A stretch of DNA of 64,000 nt from Alphaproteobacteria bacterium (GTDB taxonomy: Bacteria > Pseudomonadota > Alphaproteobacteria > UBA828), in NCBI GenBank assembly GCA_965237415.1, contig CBDEFM010000002.1, positions 736,001-800,000 on the forward strand, given 5' to 3'. Below are positions 39,476 to 48,686 of the stretch, one piece after another. The notes under the pieces were generated by a model. The model did not search any database and was not told the origin of the DNA. It saw nothing but the letters and a program-made list of their open reading frames with translations. The translations under genes were made by a program, and so were the position numbers. Position 1 is the first letter of the stretch. Each line of letters starts with the position of its first letter.

Positions 39476-39617
39476 GACGGGAGGATTGGCGCTCGCCACC
39501 GATTTGGCAACCCCGTTCGCGCCCCCTCTCACAGACGTGCCCGGGGTTGAACCGCCCGCGGGTTCGTCACATATAGCGCCCCGAGTCCCCAGCAAACCGG
39601 GCGAATCGGAGGAAGTG

Positions 39618-41537
39618 ATGGCGAAAACGAACGGGGAGCGCCACGCGTTCCAGGCCGAAGTCAGCAAGCTGCTCGGCCTCATGGCCAATTCGCTTTATCG
39701 CGACAAGGAGATTTTCCTGCGGGAGTTGATCTCCAATGCCTCGGACGCCTGCGACAAGCTGCGTTACGCGGCGATCACACAGCCCGATCTGCTGGGCGAC
39801 GATGCCGCGCTCGCGGTGACCATCACGCCCGACAGCAGGAGCGGCGTGCTGGTGGTGGCCGACAACGGCATCGGCATGAGCCGCGAGGAGCTGATCGACA
39901 ACCTCGGGACAATCGCGCGCTCCGGCACCGATGCGTTCGTCAAGCAGATGGCCGAGGCGCAAGGCGGCGACGGAGAGGACGAGCAGGACGGGCAGGATGG
40001 CCTCGCCGCCGGCCTCATCGGCCAATTCGGTGTGGGCTTCTATTCGTGTTTCATGGTTGCGAAGCGGGTCGAGGTGGTGACGCGCAAGCCCGACGAGGCC
40101 GAGGGCTGGCGCTGGCGGTCCGACGGGACAGGATCGTTCTCGATCGCGCCGGATGCCGACGCCGCCCGCGGAACAAGGATCGAGCTTCACCTGCGCAAGG
40201 ACGACCACGAGTTTCTGGAACCGCTCCGCATCCGCACCGTCGTCAAGGCCTACTCCGACCATATCGGCCTGCCGATCTGGCTGGAAAACGATAGCGGCCA
40301 GAAGGAGATGGCCAACGAGGGCTCGGCGCTCTGGAGCCGGCCCAAGAGCGACATCGACGAGGTCCAATACCGCGAGTTCTACCACCACATCGCCCACATG
40401 CCGGGCGATCCCTGGCACACCATCCACCTCCATGCCGAAGGGCGCATCGAATACACGGCGCTTCTCTTCGTGCCGGACTCCAGGCCCTTCGATCTGTTCG
40501 ACCCGATACGCCAGCACCGGGTGCGGCTCTATGTCAGGAGGGTCTTCATCACCGACGAATGCGAGGGGCTGATCCCGCCCTATCTCCGTTTCATGCGGGG
40601 TGTGGTGGATTCCAGCGATCTTGCGCTCAACGTGAGCCGCGAGACCCTTCAGAACGACCCGATCCTGGCGAAGATCAGGACCGGCCTGGTCAAGCGCGTC
40701 TTCTCCGAACTCGAGAAGCGCGCCAAGAAGACGCCGGAGGAGTATGCGTCATTTTGGGAGAATTTCGGGGCGGTCCTGAAGGAAGGGCTCTACGAGGATG
40801 CCGAGCAGAAGGACCGGCTGCTTCCCCTCGTCCGCTTCCGGTCCACGGGCGGCGGCGATCGCTGGCTCTCGCTCGACGAGTATGTGGACGTCATGCCGGA
40901 GGAGCAGGAGGCGATCTACTACATCAGCGGGGAGGACCCCGATGCGCTGCGCCGCAGCCCGCAGGTCGAGGGTTTTTGTGCGCGCGGGATCGACGTGCTG
41001 CTCATGGCCGACCCGGTCGATCAATTCTGGCTGCCCGTGGTCGGCGCCTACAAGGAAAAGTCGTTCCGCTCCGTGACCCAGGGTGCGGCGGACCTCGACC
41101 GCTTCGCTGTGCGCGACGAGGACAAGCCGGATGAGACCGACGCACTCCCGCCAGGCGAGATCGACAAGCTGATCGCCCTGGTCAAGCTGACGTTGGCCGA
41201 CGCGGTGAAGGACGTGCGGACCTCCGAACGCCTGACCGACAGCCCTGTCTGCCTCGTCGCCGACGAGGGCGACCTCGACATGCACCTGGAGCGGCTCTTG
41301 CGCCAACATAAGCACGAGGTGCCGGCGCAAAAGCGTGTGCTCGAGATCAACCCGTCACACGATCTGACCCGCGCGCTGGCGCGCATGGTTGGGCAAAAGG
41401 GAGCGACCGAGGCGCTTGAAGACGCCGCCCATCTGTTGATGGATCAGGCACTCATCTTGGAGGGCGAGCCGGTCCCCGACCCTTCGGCCTTCACCAAGCG
41501 TCTCTCGGGGCTCATATCGCGCGCGCTAACGGAGTGA
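39618..41537 (+). CDS. htpG: Chaperone HtpG (Hsp90)
   Basis: FQAEV, FLRELISNASDA, DNGIGM, IGQFGVGFYS, LNVSRE, LEINP. Confidence 0.97.
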   Translation: MAKTNGERHAFQAEVSKLLGLMANSLYRDKEIFLRELISNASDACDKLRYAAITQPDLLGDDAALAVTITPDSRSGVLVVADNGIGMSREELIDNLGTIARSGTDAFVKQMAEAQGGDGEDEQDGQDGLAAGLIGQFGVGFYSCFMVAKRVEVVTRKPDEAEGWRWRSDGTGSFSIAPDADAARGTRIELHLRKDDHEFLEPLRIRTVVKAYSDHIGLPIWLENDSGQKEMANEGSALWSRPKSDIDEVQYREFYHHIAHMPGDPWHTIHLHAEGRIEYTALLFVPDSRPFDLFDPIRQHRVRLYVRRVFITDECEGLIPPYLRFMRGVVDSSDLALNVSRETLQNDPILAKIRTGLVKRVFSELEKRAKKTPEEYASFWENFGAVLKEGLYEDAEQKDRLLPLVRFRSTGGGDRWLSLDEYVDVMPEEQEAIYYISGEDPDALRRSPQVEGFCARGIDVLLMADPVDQFWLPVVGAYKEKSFRSVTQGAADLDRFAVRDEDKPDETDALPPGEIDKLIALVKLTLADAVKDVRTSERLTDSPVCLVADEGDLDMHLERLLRQHKHEVPAQKRVLEINPSHDLTRALARMVGQKGATEALEDAAHLLMDQALILEGEPVPDPSAFTKRLSGLISRALTE

Positions 41538-41597
41538 CAGTCGCCCGCGCAGAGTAAACACAACTGGCCCGGCGCCCCCGGAAGCCGGAGCGGCCCG

Positions 41598-42353
41598 TCA
41601 GCTCTCGTCGAGCCAGACCAGATCCCCGCCGATGATGCGGCCTTTGCCGCGATTTTCCTGGACGAGGACGGCGCAGCCGTCGCCCATGCCTTCGGCCGCG
41701 CTTGACAACTCGTCCGGCCCGAGCTCAAAGGTCATGGCGCCGCCGGTCCACCTCCCGATGGGGCGGTAATCGCGCACCACGTTATAATTGACCAACGTGC
41801 GCCCCCGGTTTTCGCCGGCATCGACCGTCGTCGTATGCTGCCGATCGACGGACACAAGCCAGACCGTGGCGTCCCCGTAGTAGCCATCGGAGTGGCCGAT
41901 TTCGACCGTGAGGCGGTCGGACGCGCTTGATGTGAGCGCCACGGCTACCCGCCTCGCTTTCACGGCCTTCGACACGGCGATCGCGTCGGTCACAGCCTGC
42001 TTGTTGGACCCCACCGCATGGCGCGCCCCGTCGATCACGAGCTGGGGTGTGTAAACATAGGCGACGCCGAGAGCACGCGCATACTCCCTCTGCCGCGCCG
42101 TCGTCTCCGCCGTCGCGAACCGATCCTCCCAGCCGATGTAGTCCCAGTAATTGACGTGGAACGAGAGCGCGACCACATCGTCGCGGGTCTCCGCCAACTC
42201 CCCGAGGAATGCGTCAGCAGACGGACACGACGAGCAGCCCTGGGACGTGAACAGTTCCAGGACAACCTTCGGGCTGTCTGCCCGCACCGAGAGCGGCACC
42301 ACGGCGAGGGCCGCGGCGACAAGGATAGCGCCAAGGTTCATTCTCTTAGTCAT
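41598..42353 (-). CDS. DUF1223 thioredoxin-like exported protein
   Basis: ELFTSQGCSSCP, HVNYWDYIGWED, YTPQ, GENRGR. Confidence 0.88.
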   Translation of the reverse strand: MTKRMNLGAILVAAALAVVPLSVRADSPKVVLELFTSQGCSSCPSADAFLGELAETRDDVVALSFHVNYWDYIGWEDRFATAETTARQREYARALGVAYVYTPQLVIDGARHAVGSNKQAVTDAIAVSKAVKARRVAVALTSSASDRLTVEIGHSDGYYGDATVWLVSVDRQHTTTVDAGENRGRTLVNYNVVRDYRPIGRWTGGAMTFELGPDELSSAAEGMGDGCAVLVQENRGKGRIIGGDLVWLDES

Positions 42354-42428
42354 GGCAGCATCGTAGCACGCCCACGCCTGACGAATTCGCAACGCCAATC
42401 ACATTCGGGTGAGGATAACGGTCGAGCC

Positions 42429-43484
42429 TCAGCCTGCGCGCTCGTCCGCCTCAGGCGGGTATAGCCACGCCTTGGGGCGGCCTTGGGACTTGTCGGCTTC
42501 CACCGCTTCGAGCCCCGGTGCGCGCTGCTTGGTCAGTTTCATCGTGATGTGATCGCCCGAGGTCGTACGACCGTAGCGAGCCGGATTGTCGGCACTGACG
42601 CAACTCGGCAGGCACTCGATCACTGCGTCGTAGTTGGGCTGATGGAAGAAGATCAGCGACTGCCGGTCGAGGTGCGCCTTGTCGCGGGGCGGATTGCCGA
42701 TGCGGTGCATGGTCGAGCGCCAACGGTCGTTGGTCCATTCGGCCATGAGATCGCCGAGGTTGACCGAGAAGCTGTCCGGGAACCAGGGCACGTCTTCCCA
42801 CGCGCCGTCTTCCGTCTGAATCTGCAGGCCCCCCACGGCGGTGTCGCAATGCACCAGCGTGAGGCTGCCGTAGTCGGTATGCGCGCCGCCGCGCAGCTGC
42901 TCCGGGAGCGGCGCCTCCGGCTGAGACGGATAGTAGATGGCGCTGAAATTGGTGATGTGCTCGTCGATCTTGGACTGGAAGAAATCCTCGGGCATGTCGA
43001 GCGCCACGGCGAATATCCGCATCATGTCGGCGGAAAGCCGGGTCATTTCGCGGTAGTAGGCTTCCCAGACCCTGGGCATGTCGTCGGGCCGGTCCGACCA
43101 GATGTTGGGGGCGAAATAGCGCGCGCCGGCCGGGCCGTAGTGATACTCGTCACAGGCGGCATCCACCGGCCCCATGCTGTAGCCCTCCTTCAGGTCTGGC
43201 GGGCCCTCCTCGTCGAGGCTGTAGGCCAGGCTCTCCGTTCCCGGCGGCGTGTAGCCGCGGTAGCGGTCAGCCGGCATCTTGTGCTTCATTTTTTCCCAGT
43301 GGGGCCGCGCGAAGAAGGCGCGCGAGACGGCGTGCATCTCTTCGATGAGCGCGTTCGGCACCCCATGCCCCGCGACCACCAGCCATCCGAACTCGCGGCA
43401 CGCGTCGTCGAGCGCCTCGGCCGTGCGTACCTTGTCGGCCGCCGAGCCGTGGAGGAAGGGTTCGATGTCAATCAGCGGGATCAT
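42429..43484 (-). CDS. Isopenicillin-N-synthase-like 2OG-Fe(II) oxygenase
   Basis: IPLIDI, HTDYGSLTL, NLGDLM.EWTND.WRSTMHR, RQS. Confidence 0.9.
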   Translation of the reverse strand: MIPLIDIEPFLHGSAADKVRTAEALDDACREFGWLVVAGHGVPNALIEEMHAVSRAFFARPHWEKMKHKMPADRYRGYTPPGTESLAYSLDEEGPPDLKEGYSMGPVDAACDEYHYGPAGARYFAPNIWSDRPDDMPRVWEAYYREMTRLSADMMRIFAVALDMPEDFFQSKIDEHITNFSAIYYPSQPEAPLPEQLRGGAHTDYGSLTLVHCDTAVGGLQIQTEDGAWEDVPWFPDSFSVNLGDLMAEWTNDRWRSTMHRIGNPPRDKAHLDRQSLIFFHQPNYDAVIECLPSCVSADNPARYGRTTSGDHITMKLTKQRAPGLEAVEADKSQGRPKAWLYPPEADERAG

Positions 43485-43578
43485 AAGCCCTCTATCCTCG
43501 TCGCCATTCCGGCGCGATTCCTACACCGACGCCGGGTGTTATGCACCCGCTGCGGGGGTGCGGGGTGCTTTGGCCGAC

Positions 43579-44469
43579 TCAGTTGCGCGTACCGAGAATT
43601 TCGCGAGCCTCCGCAGGCGTCGCGGGCTCCGCCCCCAGCATCCGGATCAAGCACACCGCCTGCTCCACCAGCGCCGCGTTGGAGGGCGCGAGCGTGCCGC
43701 GCTCCAGATAGAGATTGTCCTCCAGCCCCGTGCGGACATGACCGCCACTCAGCACCGAGAGGCCCGCGACGGGAAGCTGGTCGCGCGAGATGCCGAAGGC
43801 AGCCCAGTGGGCGCCGGCCGGCAGCAGGCTCTTCATGTAGGAGAGCGCCTCGGGCGTCGCCGGTGCGCCCCATTCGATCCCGAGGCAGAGCTGGAAGAAG
43901 CCCGGCGCCTCGACATGGCCCTTCTCGATCAGGTTCGCCGCAAGCCGCACGTGGCCCACGTCGAAGACTTCGAGCTCCGGCACGACGCCCCACTCCCGCA
44001 TGGCATCGGCCATATAGCGGAGCTGGGGCGGCGAGTTGATCATGACGCTGTCGTCGCGGATGCCGCCCGAGTTCATGGTCGCCACGTCGAGGCTGCAAAT
44101 CTCTGGCCGCAGCTCGCCGACATGGGCGATCCGCCGCGCCGGCGCAGTGAAGGTGGTGCCCGGGCCGTAGTCGAAGGGATCGTCGACCCCGGGGCTGAGG
44201 CGGGCGCCGTATCCGGTGGTGAGGTTCAGCACGACGTCCGTTTCGCTCTGGCGGATGCGGCCGGCGGTCTCGCGGTAATGGTCGAGCTCCATGCTGGCCT
44301 TCCCGGATTCGCGATCGCGGACGTGAACGTGGACGATCGCGGCACCCGCCTTCGCCGCATCGAGCGCGGACTGCGCGATCTCGGCCGGCGTCACGGGCAC
44401 CGCCGAATTCTTTGTCACGGTGTCCGCCGAGCCCGTCACCGCACAGGTGATGATGACCTTGCGCCCCAT
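43579..44469 (-). CDS. BKACE (DUF849) beta-keto acid cleavage enzyme
   Basis: ITCAVTG, GAAIVHVHVRD, PELEVFD, GHVRTGLEDN. Confidence 0.92.
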   Translation of the reverse strand: MGRKVIITCAVTGSADTVTKNSAVPVTPAEIAQSALDAAKAGAAIVHVHVRDRESGKASMELDHYRETAGRIRQSETDVVLNLTTGYGARLSPGVDDPFDYGPGTTFTAPARRIAHVGELRPEICSLDVATMNSGGIRDDSVMINSPPQLRYMADAMREWGVVPELEVFDVGHVRLAANLIEKGHVEAPGFFQLCLGIEWGAPATPEALSYMKSLLPAGAHWAAFGISRDQLPVAGLSVLSGGHVRTGLEDNLYLERGTLAPSNAALVEQAVCLIRMLGAEPATPAEAREILGTRN

Positions 44470-44636
44470 GTCTCCCCTCTCTCGTACCGCACCGCCGGGG
44501 CGACATGCCCCGCGGGCGATGATGGCACGAATGCCAGCGGCCCGCGACCGTGCGGACCCCGGCCGGACATCTCACCACGGTCACGGCCTGCGTCGCGCCG
44601 CCCGCGATTCGCGCGGTGCGCAAGATTAATTTGTAG

Positions 44637-44706
44637 GTGGGATTTGGCGGGATAAAGCGGGACAAAGCGGGATATAGCGGCACAGAGTGGCACATCGCGG
44701 CACAGG
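44637..44706. repeat. 7 tandem 10-bp units (GYGGSAY-N3)
   Basis: gtgggatttg gcgggataaa gcgggacaaa gcgggatata gcggcacaga gtggcacatc gcggcacagg. Confidence 0.85.
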
Positions 44707-45023
44707 CGACGGCCATGCTCGATAGCGGTGGCGACGGCGGCCTCGCGCACGCCCAAGTCGCGCGTGCCTGAAAGGTCACGCGCGCGTCACATAGCATCGT
44801 TCGCGCGGGATAGAGCCGCGCACGCATTCTCATCTCGCATGTCGAGGTCCATTCACTGTTGCACTGCATGACGCAATGCTAATGCAGTCGGCGTGCGCCA
44901 TGCATCGCACCATGGTCCCGGATATCGAGTGAGTCGGGCCAACAGGCCCGGACGGCGCGTCCCAGTGCTTGCGCGACACCACGAACGAGAGTAAGTTACA
45001 TGTAACCTTGGGAAGGACGATCC

Positions 45024-45251
45024 ATGGCGAACACCCCTCAGAGATCGATGGCAGCGCGGGACAAGGTTCGCCGACACCGCGCCCGACTGCGGGAGCAAGG
45101 ACTTCGGCCGCTGCAAGTCTGGGTGCCCGACACCCGCGTGCCGGGCTTCCCGGAGGAAGCACGCAGACAAGCGCTGGCGGTCGCCGTCAGCAGGCACGCC
45201 GAAGCCGATCAGGCCTTTATCGACGCCATCAGCGAGATCGACGCCGGGTGA
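45024..45251 (+). CDS. DUF3018 / MazE-like antitoxin
   Basis: VRRHRARLREQGLRPLQVWVPDTR...EARRQ. Confidence 0.85.
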   Translation: MANTPQRSMAARDKVRRHRARLREQGLRPLQVWVPDTRVPGFPEEARRQALAVAVSRHAEADQAFIDAISEIDAG

Positions 45252-45577
45252 AACGGGGCGAATTATGGGTCGCGGCGGGCGGCGGCGGCGACACCGGGAA
45301 GCCCCGGCCTGTCGTCATCGTGCAGGACGACCGTTTCGAGGCCACAGGCTCCGTGACCGTCTGCGCCCTGAGCAGCGATCCGACCGATGTCCCGCTGTTT
45401 CGCCTCCTGCTTTCGCCTGATTCAGAGAACGGCCTGCACGAGGACTCTCGTGTCATGGTCGACAAGATCACCACTGTCCGCCGGGAGCGCCTGATCCGGC
45501 GGATCGGCTCCCTCTCCGTCACCGACATGCGACGGATCGACCGGGCGATGCTCGTATTCCTCGGCATCGCCCGATAA
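45248..45577 (+). CDS. PemK/MazF-family toxin
   Basis: GTGA overlap; MKRGELW...GKPRPVVIVQDD...NGL...SRVMVDKITTV. Confidence 0.88.
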   Translation: MKRGELWVAAGGGGDTGKPRPVVIVQDDRFEATGSVTVCALSSDPTDVPLFRLLLSPDSENGLHEDSRVMVDKITTVRRERLIRRIGSLSVTDMRRIDRAMLVFLGIAR

Positions 45578-45677
45578 TGCGTGTCTGCTTGCCGACAGGA
45601 GACGCAGGCCGTGACCGTGCCGAGAAGTCTGCGCTAACAGCGCGCCATCCCGGAGCAGGCCAAGTGCTTTATCTCCT

Positions 45678-46109
45678 TCAATCGTCGAGAAGATTCACGG
45701 TCCGCAGCCCCGGATAGATCGAGAACCCGCGATCCAGAGTCACCCACTCGCAGCCGTGCTCGATAGCGAGCGCCGCGTGGTAGGCATCCGGAAGCCGATT
45801 GCCGGTGAGCCGGAGTGTGACGGCCATGCCGCGGAATATGCGCCAGTGGCCGTCGCCGGGTCGCAACGTCACGCTCCCCGGTTGAGCGAGCAGCGCATCC
45901 ACGAATTCAACGGCCGCATCGTTGGGCGTAGGCGGGTGGAATACCCGGCCGTGGGTCAGTACCCGCAGCACGCCGCTGAGCACGAGTTCCGACAAGGCAA
46001 CGCGTTCCCTGCCCGCCAAGGCATCGACCAGCCATCTGCGGCAACGATCGTGATGGACCGCGTCCTCGCGGAACGCACTCACCAGGACGTTGACATCAGG
46101 GCTCTGCAT
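45678..46109 (-). CDS. VapC PIN-domain toxin
   Basis: PDVNVLV, PDAYHAALAIEHG, TLDRGF. Confidence 0.88.
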   Translation of the reverse strand: MQSPDVNVLVSAFREDAVHHDRCRRWLVDALAGRERVALSELVLSGVLRVLTHGRVFHPPTPNDAAVEFVDALLAQPGSVTLRPGDGHWRIFRGMAVTLRLTGNRLPDAYHAALAIEHGCEWVTLDRGFSIYPGLRTVNLLDD

Positions 46110-46335
46110 CCATGAGGGCCTGGAGCGCCGCGTTGTCCGTCAGGTCCACGCCCGGTTGCACGCCATTGCCGCGAAACGTCGGAATGGGCGGTGCGTCGGT
46201 CCTGGCGCCGGACGGGCCAGTCAGATATTCGCGGAGCGCCTGCTCGAAGGTCTCCTTCAAGGTCATGTGCTCTTCCGCCGCACGCGCCTTGACGGCCTTC
46301 AGCAGCGCGTCGTTGACATCGATGCTCGTTCTCAT
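46096..46335 (-). CDS. VapB-type RHH antitoxin
   Basis: MRTSIDVNDALLKAVKARAAEE...EQALRE...PGVDLTDN; overlaps the vapC start. Confidence 0.8.
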   Translation of the reverse strand: MRTSIDVNDALLKAVKARAAEEHMTLKETFEQALREYLTGPSGARTDAPPIPTFRGNGVQPGVDLTDNAALQALMDAEP

Positions 46336-46545
46336 ATGTGAACATGTATAGTCAAATATGTTTCCACACAATTCCATTCGGTAAGGATCGCACCAGGCCA
46401 CGACGGGAGCCGTTTCGGATTTTCGCATTCGAATGCAGCCTGCCTCGGTGTCTGCCCGGTTGCCGGACAAGAACGCGCCACATAGTCTAGGCGGCCCCAG
46501 AGAAGGCCGCCTCCGACGAGCGGCCAAGAGAGACGGCAGGCGAAC

Positions 46546-47700
46546 ATGAGCGAGGCGCAGCCGGCGGGGACCGAGATGGGCAATCGCGACGCGGCGCTCG
46601 CCGCCCTTTACGACGATGTCCACCGCGGCCACATGTTCCCCTTCTGGGCGACCACGACCGATGTCGCGCACGACGAGATCAAGCAGCTCATGGGGAGCCG
46701 CGGGCCCGTCCCCTATCTCTGGCGCTACGAGAGCGAGATCGAGCCCCTGCTCCGCCGCACCGCGGAGCTCGTTTCGATGGCGGATTCCGAGCGCCGCTCG
46801 CTGATTCTGGTCAACCCCGGCCTCGCACCCACGCGCGCGACGGTCTCCACCATGTACAGCGCCTACCGGCTCAACGACCCGAACGAGGTGATGCCGCCCC
46901 ATCGCCATTCGCCCAATGCCATTCGCCTCGGGCTCACGGGCACGATGAACTTCACCGGCGTCGAGGGCGAGGACATCGTGTTCGGCCCCGGCGACATGGT
47001 GCTGACGCCCCAGGACACCTGGCACAACCACGGCAACAAGGGCGACGAGCCGGCGGTGAACCTCTCCGTGCTCGACCTGCCGCTGGTGGAGGTGCTGAAC
47101 GCCATCTATTTCGAGCACGACTATAGGGAAGAGCGCGACGGCCGCGAGATCGCCGCCAAGGAGCAGTCCGCCCGCTTCAGCGCCGACTATTCGGCCGAGG
47201 TCTACGGCAGCGGCGGGCTGATGCCCTGCTTCGTGCCGCACGGGCGGGGCAGCGGCACGGGATCGCCGATGTACGTCTATCGCTGGGAGCCGATGCGCGC
47301 GATGCTGGAGGCGCACCGCGATCACGACGGCGACCCCTACGAGGCCCTGATGGTCGAGTATGTGGACCCGACGCGCGGCGGCCCGGTGTTCAGGACGATG
47401 ACCTTCTTCGCGCAAATGCTGAGACCGAGCGAAAAGACGCAGCCTCTCAGGCAGACCGCGAGCCTGCTCGTCTCCCCGCTGGAGGGGCGCGGGCACAGCG
47501 TCGTGGGCGAGACCCGCTTCGACTGGCGGCCCTTCGACACGCTGGCGGTGCCGGGCGGCGAATGGTGCCAGCATGTTAATGAGTCGGAGACAGAGCCCGC
47601 CATCCTCTTCGTGGCGAGCGACCGGCCGGCGCTCACCGCGCTCGGTCACTTCAAGAAATGGGGCCGCGACGGCACGGGCGATACCGTCCGCCTCGTTTGA
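46546..47700 (+). CDS. Gentisate 1,2-dioxygenase-like bicupin
   Basis: ERRSLILVNPGL, HRHSPNAIR, TPQDTWHNHGN, LDLPLV, SDRP. Confidence 0.85.
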   Translation: MSEAQPAGTEMGNRDAALAALYDDVHRGHMFPFWATTTDVAHDEIKQLMGSRGPVPYLWRYESEIEPLLRRTAELVSMADSERRSLILVNPGLAPTRATVSTMYSAYRLNDPNEVMPPHRHSPNAIRLGLTGTMNFTGVEGEDIVFGPGDMVLTPQDTWHNHGNKGDEPAVNLSVLDLPLVEVLNAIYFEHDYREERDGREIAAKEQSARFSADYSAEVYGSGGLMPCFVPHGRGSGTGSPMYVYRWEPMRAMLEAHRDHDGDPYEALMVEYVDPTRGGPVFRTMTFFAQMLRPSEKTQPLRQTASLLVSPLEGRGHSVVGETRFDWRPFDTLAVPGGEWCQHVNESETEPAILFVASDRPALTALGHFKKWGRDGTGDTVRLV

Positions 47701-47746
47701 GGCGAGCAAGCCAGTGGCGGCGTCTACCAGAGGGAGAACCACGGAC

Positions 47747-48670
47747 ATGACCACGGCAGCGGTGATCGGCTTGGGCACGATGGGGCCCGGCATGGCGGCG
47801 ACTCTCGCGCGCGGCGGGCTCACGGTGCGCGCCTTCGATACGGAGGCGGCTCAGCTCGAGAAGGCGCCGGGCACCGCCGGTATGGCGCTCGGCGTGCTGG
47901 AGAAGCTGGGTATGCCGGACCGCGGCGGGGCCGATGCGATCAGCTATCACGACACGCTGGCCGACGCCGTCGCCGGTTGTGATCTCGTGCTGGAGAGCGT
48001 GCCGGAGAAGGCCGATATCAAGCGCGCGGTGTTCGCGGACCTCGACAAGCTGGTGTCGAAGGACTGCATCCTCGCCTCCAACACTTCGGGTATTCCGGTG
48101 ACGACGCTGCAGGAGGGCAACTCGGCGCCGGGCCGGGTCGTCGGCATGCACTGGTCGAACCCGCCCTTCATCATTCCGGTCATCGAGGTCATCGCCGGGG
48201 CCGACACATCGCAGGCCACGGTCGACTGGATGGTCCAGGCAATCAAGGACCTCAATCTGTTGCCGGTGGTGGTCAAGAAGGACGTGCCGGGCTTCGTCGA
48301 GAACCGCATCCTCTACGCGATCATGCGCGAGGCGTGCGACCTGGTGGAGAACGGCGTGATCGAGCCGGAGGGCCTCGATACCTGCGTCTCCTGGGGCATC
48401 GGCTACAAGCTCGCCGTGGTCGGGCCGATGTCGCTGCTCGACATGGCCGGCCTCGACATCTACCAGGCGGTGGGCAGCTACCTGAACGCCGACCTCTGCA
48501 ACCGCGACGACGTGAGCGGCTACATCACGGAGAGAACCGAAAAGGGCGACCTCGGCATGAAGACCGGGACCGGAATCTTCTCTTACACGCCGGACGACAT
48601 CAAAGCCCTGCAGGGCAAGCGGGCCGGCCAGCTCGTCGCTGTCCGCCGCGCGCTCGAGGGCCGCTCGTAG
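47747..48670 (+). CDS. 3-hydroxyacyl-CoA dehydrogenase family, resembling 5-formyl-3-hydroxy-2-methylpyridine-4-carboxylate dehydrogenase
   Basis: IGLGTMGPGMAA, GMHWSNPP, KKDVPGFVENR, LDTCVSWGIGYK, LNADL.NRDDV, LVAVRR.LEGR, as I recall them from the Mesorhizobium loti B6-pathway enzyme. Confidence 0.75.
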   Translation: MTTAAVIGLGTMGPGMAATLARGGLTVRAFDTEAAQLEKAPGTAGMALGVLEKLGMPDRGGADAISYHDTLADAVAGCDLVLESVPEKADIKRAVFADLDKLVSKDCILASNTSGIPVTTLQEGNSAPGRVVGMHWSNPPFIIPVIEVIAGADTSQATVDWMVQAIKDLNLLPVVVKKDVPGFVENRILYAIMREACDLVENGVIEPEGLDTCVSWGIGYKLAVVGPMSLLDMAGLDIYQAVGSYLNADLCNRDDVSGYITERTEKGDLGMKTGTGIFSYTPDDIKALQGKRAGQLVAVRRALEGRS

Positions 48671-48686
48671 CGGGCGGCGCAGCACC

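Larger units (their letters stand above)
44558..45637. mobile_element. Putative non-autonomous cassette bounded by family-B-like inverted ends, carrying a TA pair
   Basis: 44576-44594 CACGGTCACGGCCTGCGTC is the exact reverse complement of 45601-45619; both ends align with the 27184 TIR; outer bases are degenerate. Confidence 0.55.

Noticed and set aside
37469-39550. 693-aa plus-strand ORF, and similar long antisense ORFs (51903-54095, 46096-47823, 42483-44039)
   Set aside because: Shadow frames opposite well-supported genes in high-GC DNA; no motifs. Only the last 79 aa of 46096-47823 are real (VapB)
44637-44706. Possible CRISPR array
   Set aside because: The period is only 10 bp, with no unique spacers and no cas genes in the window
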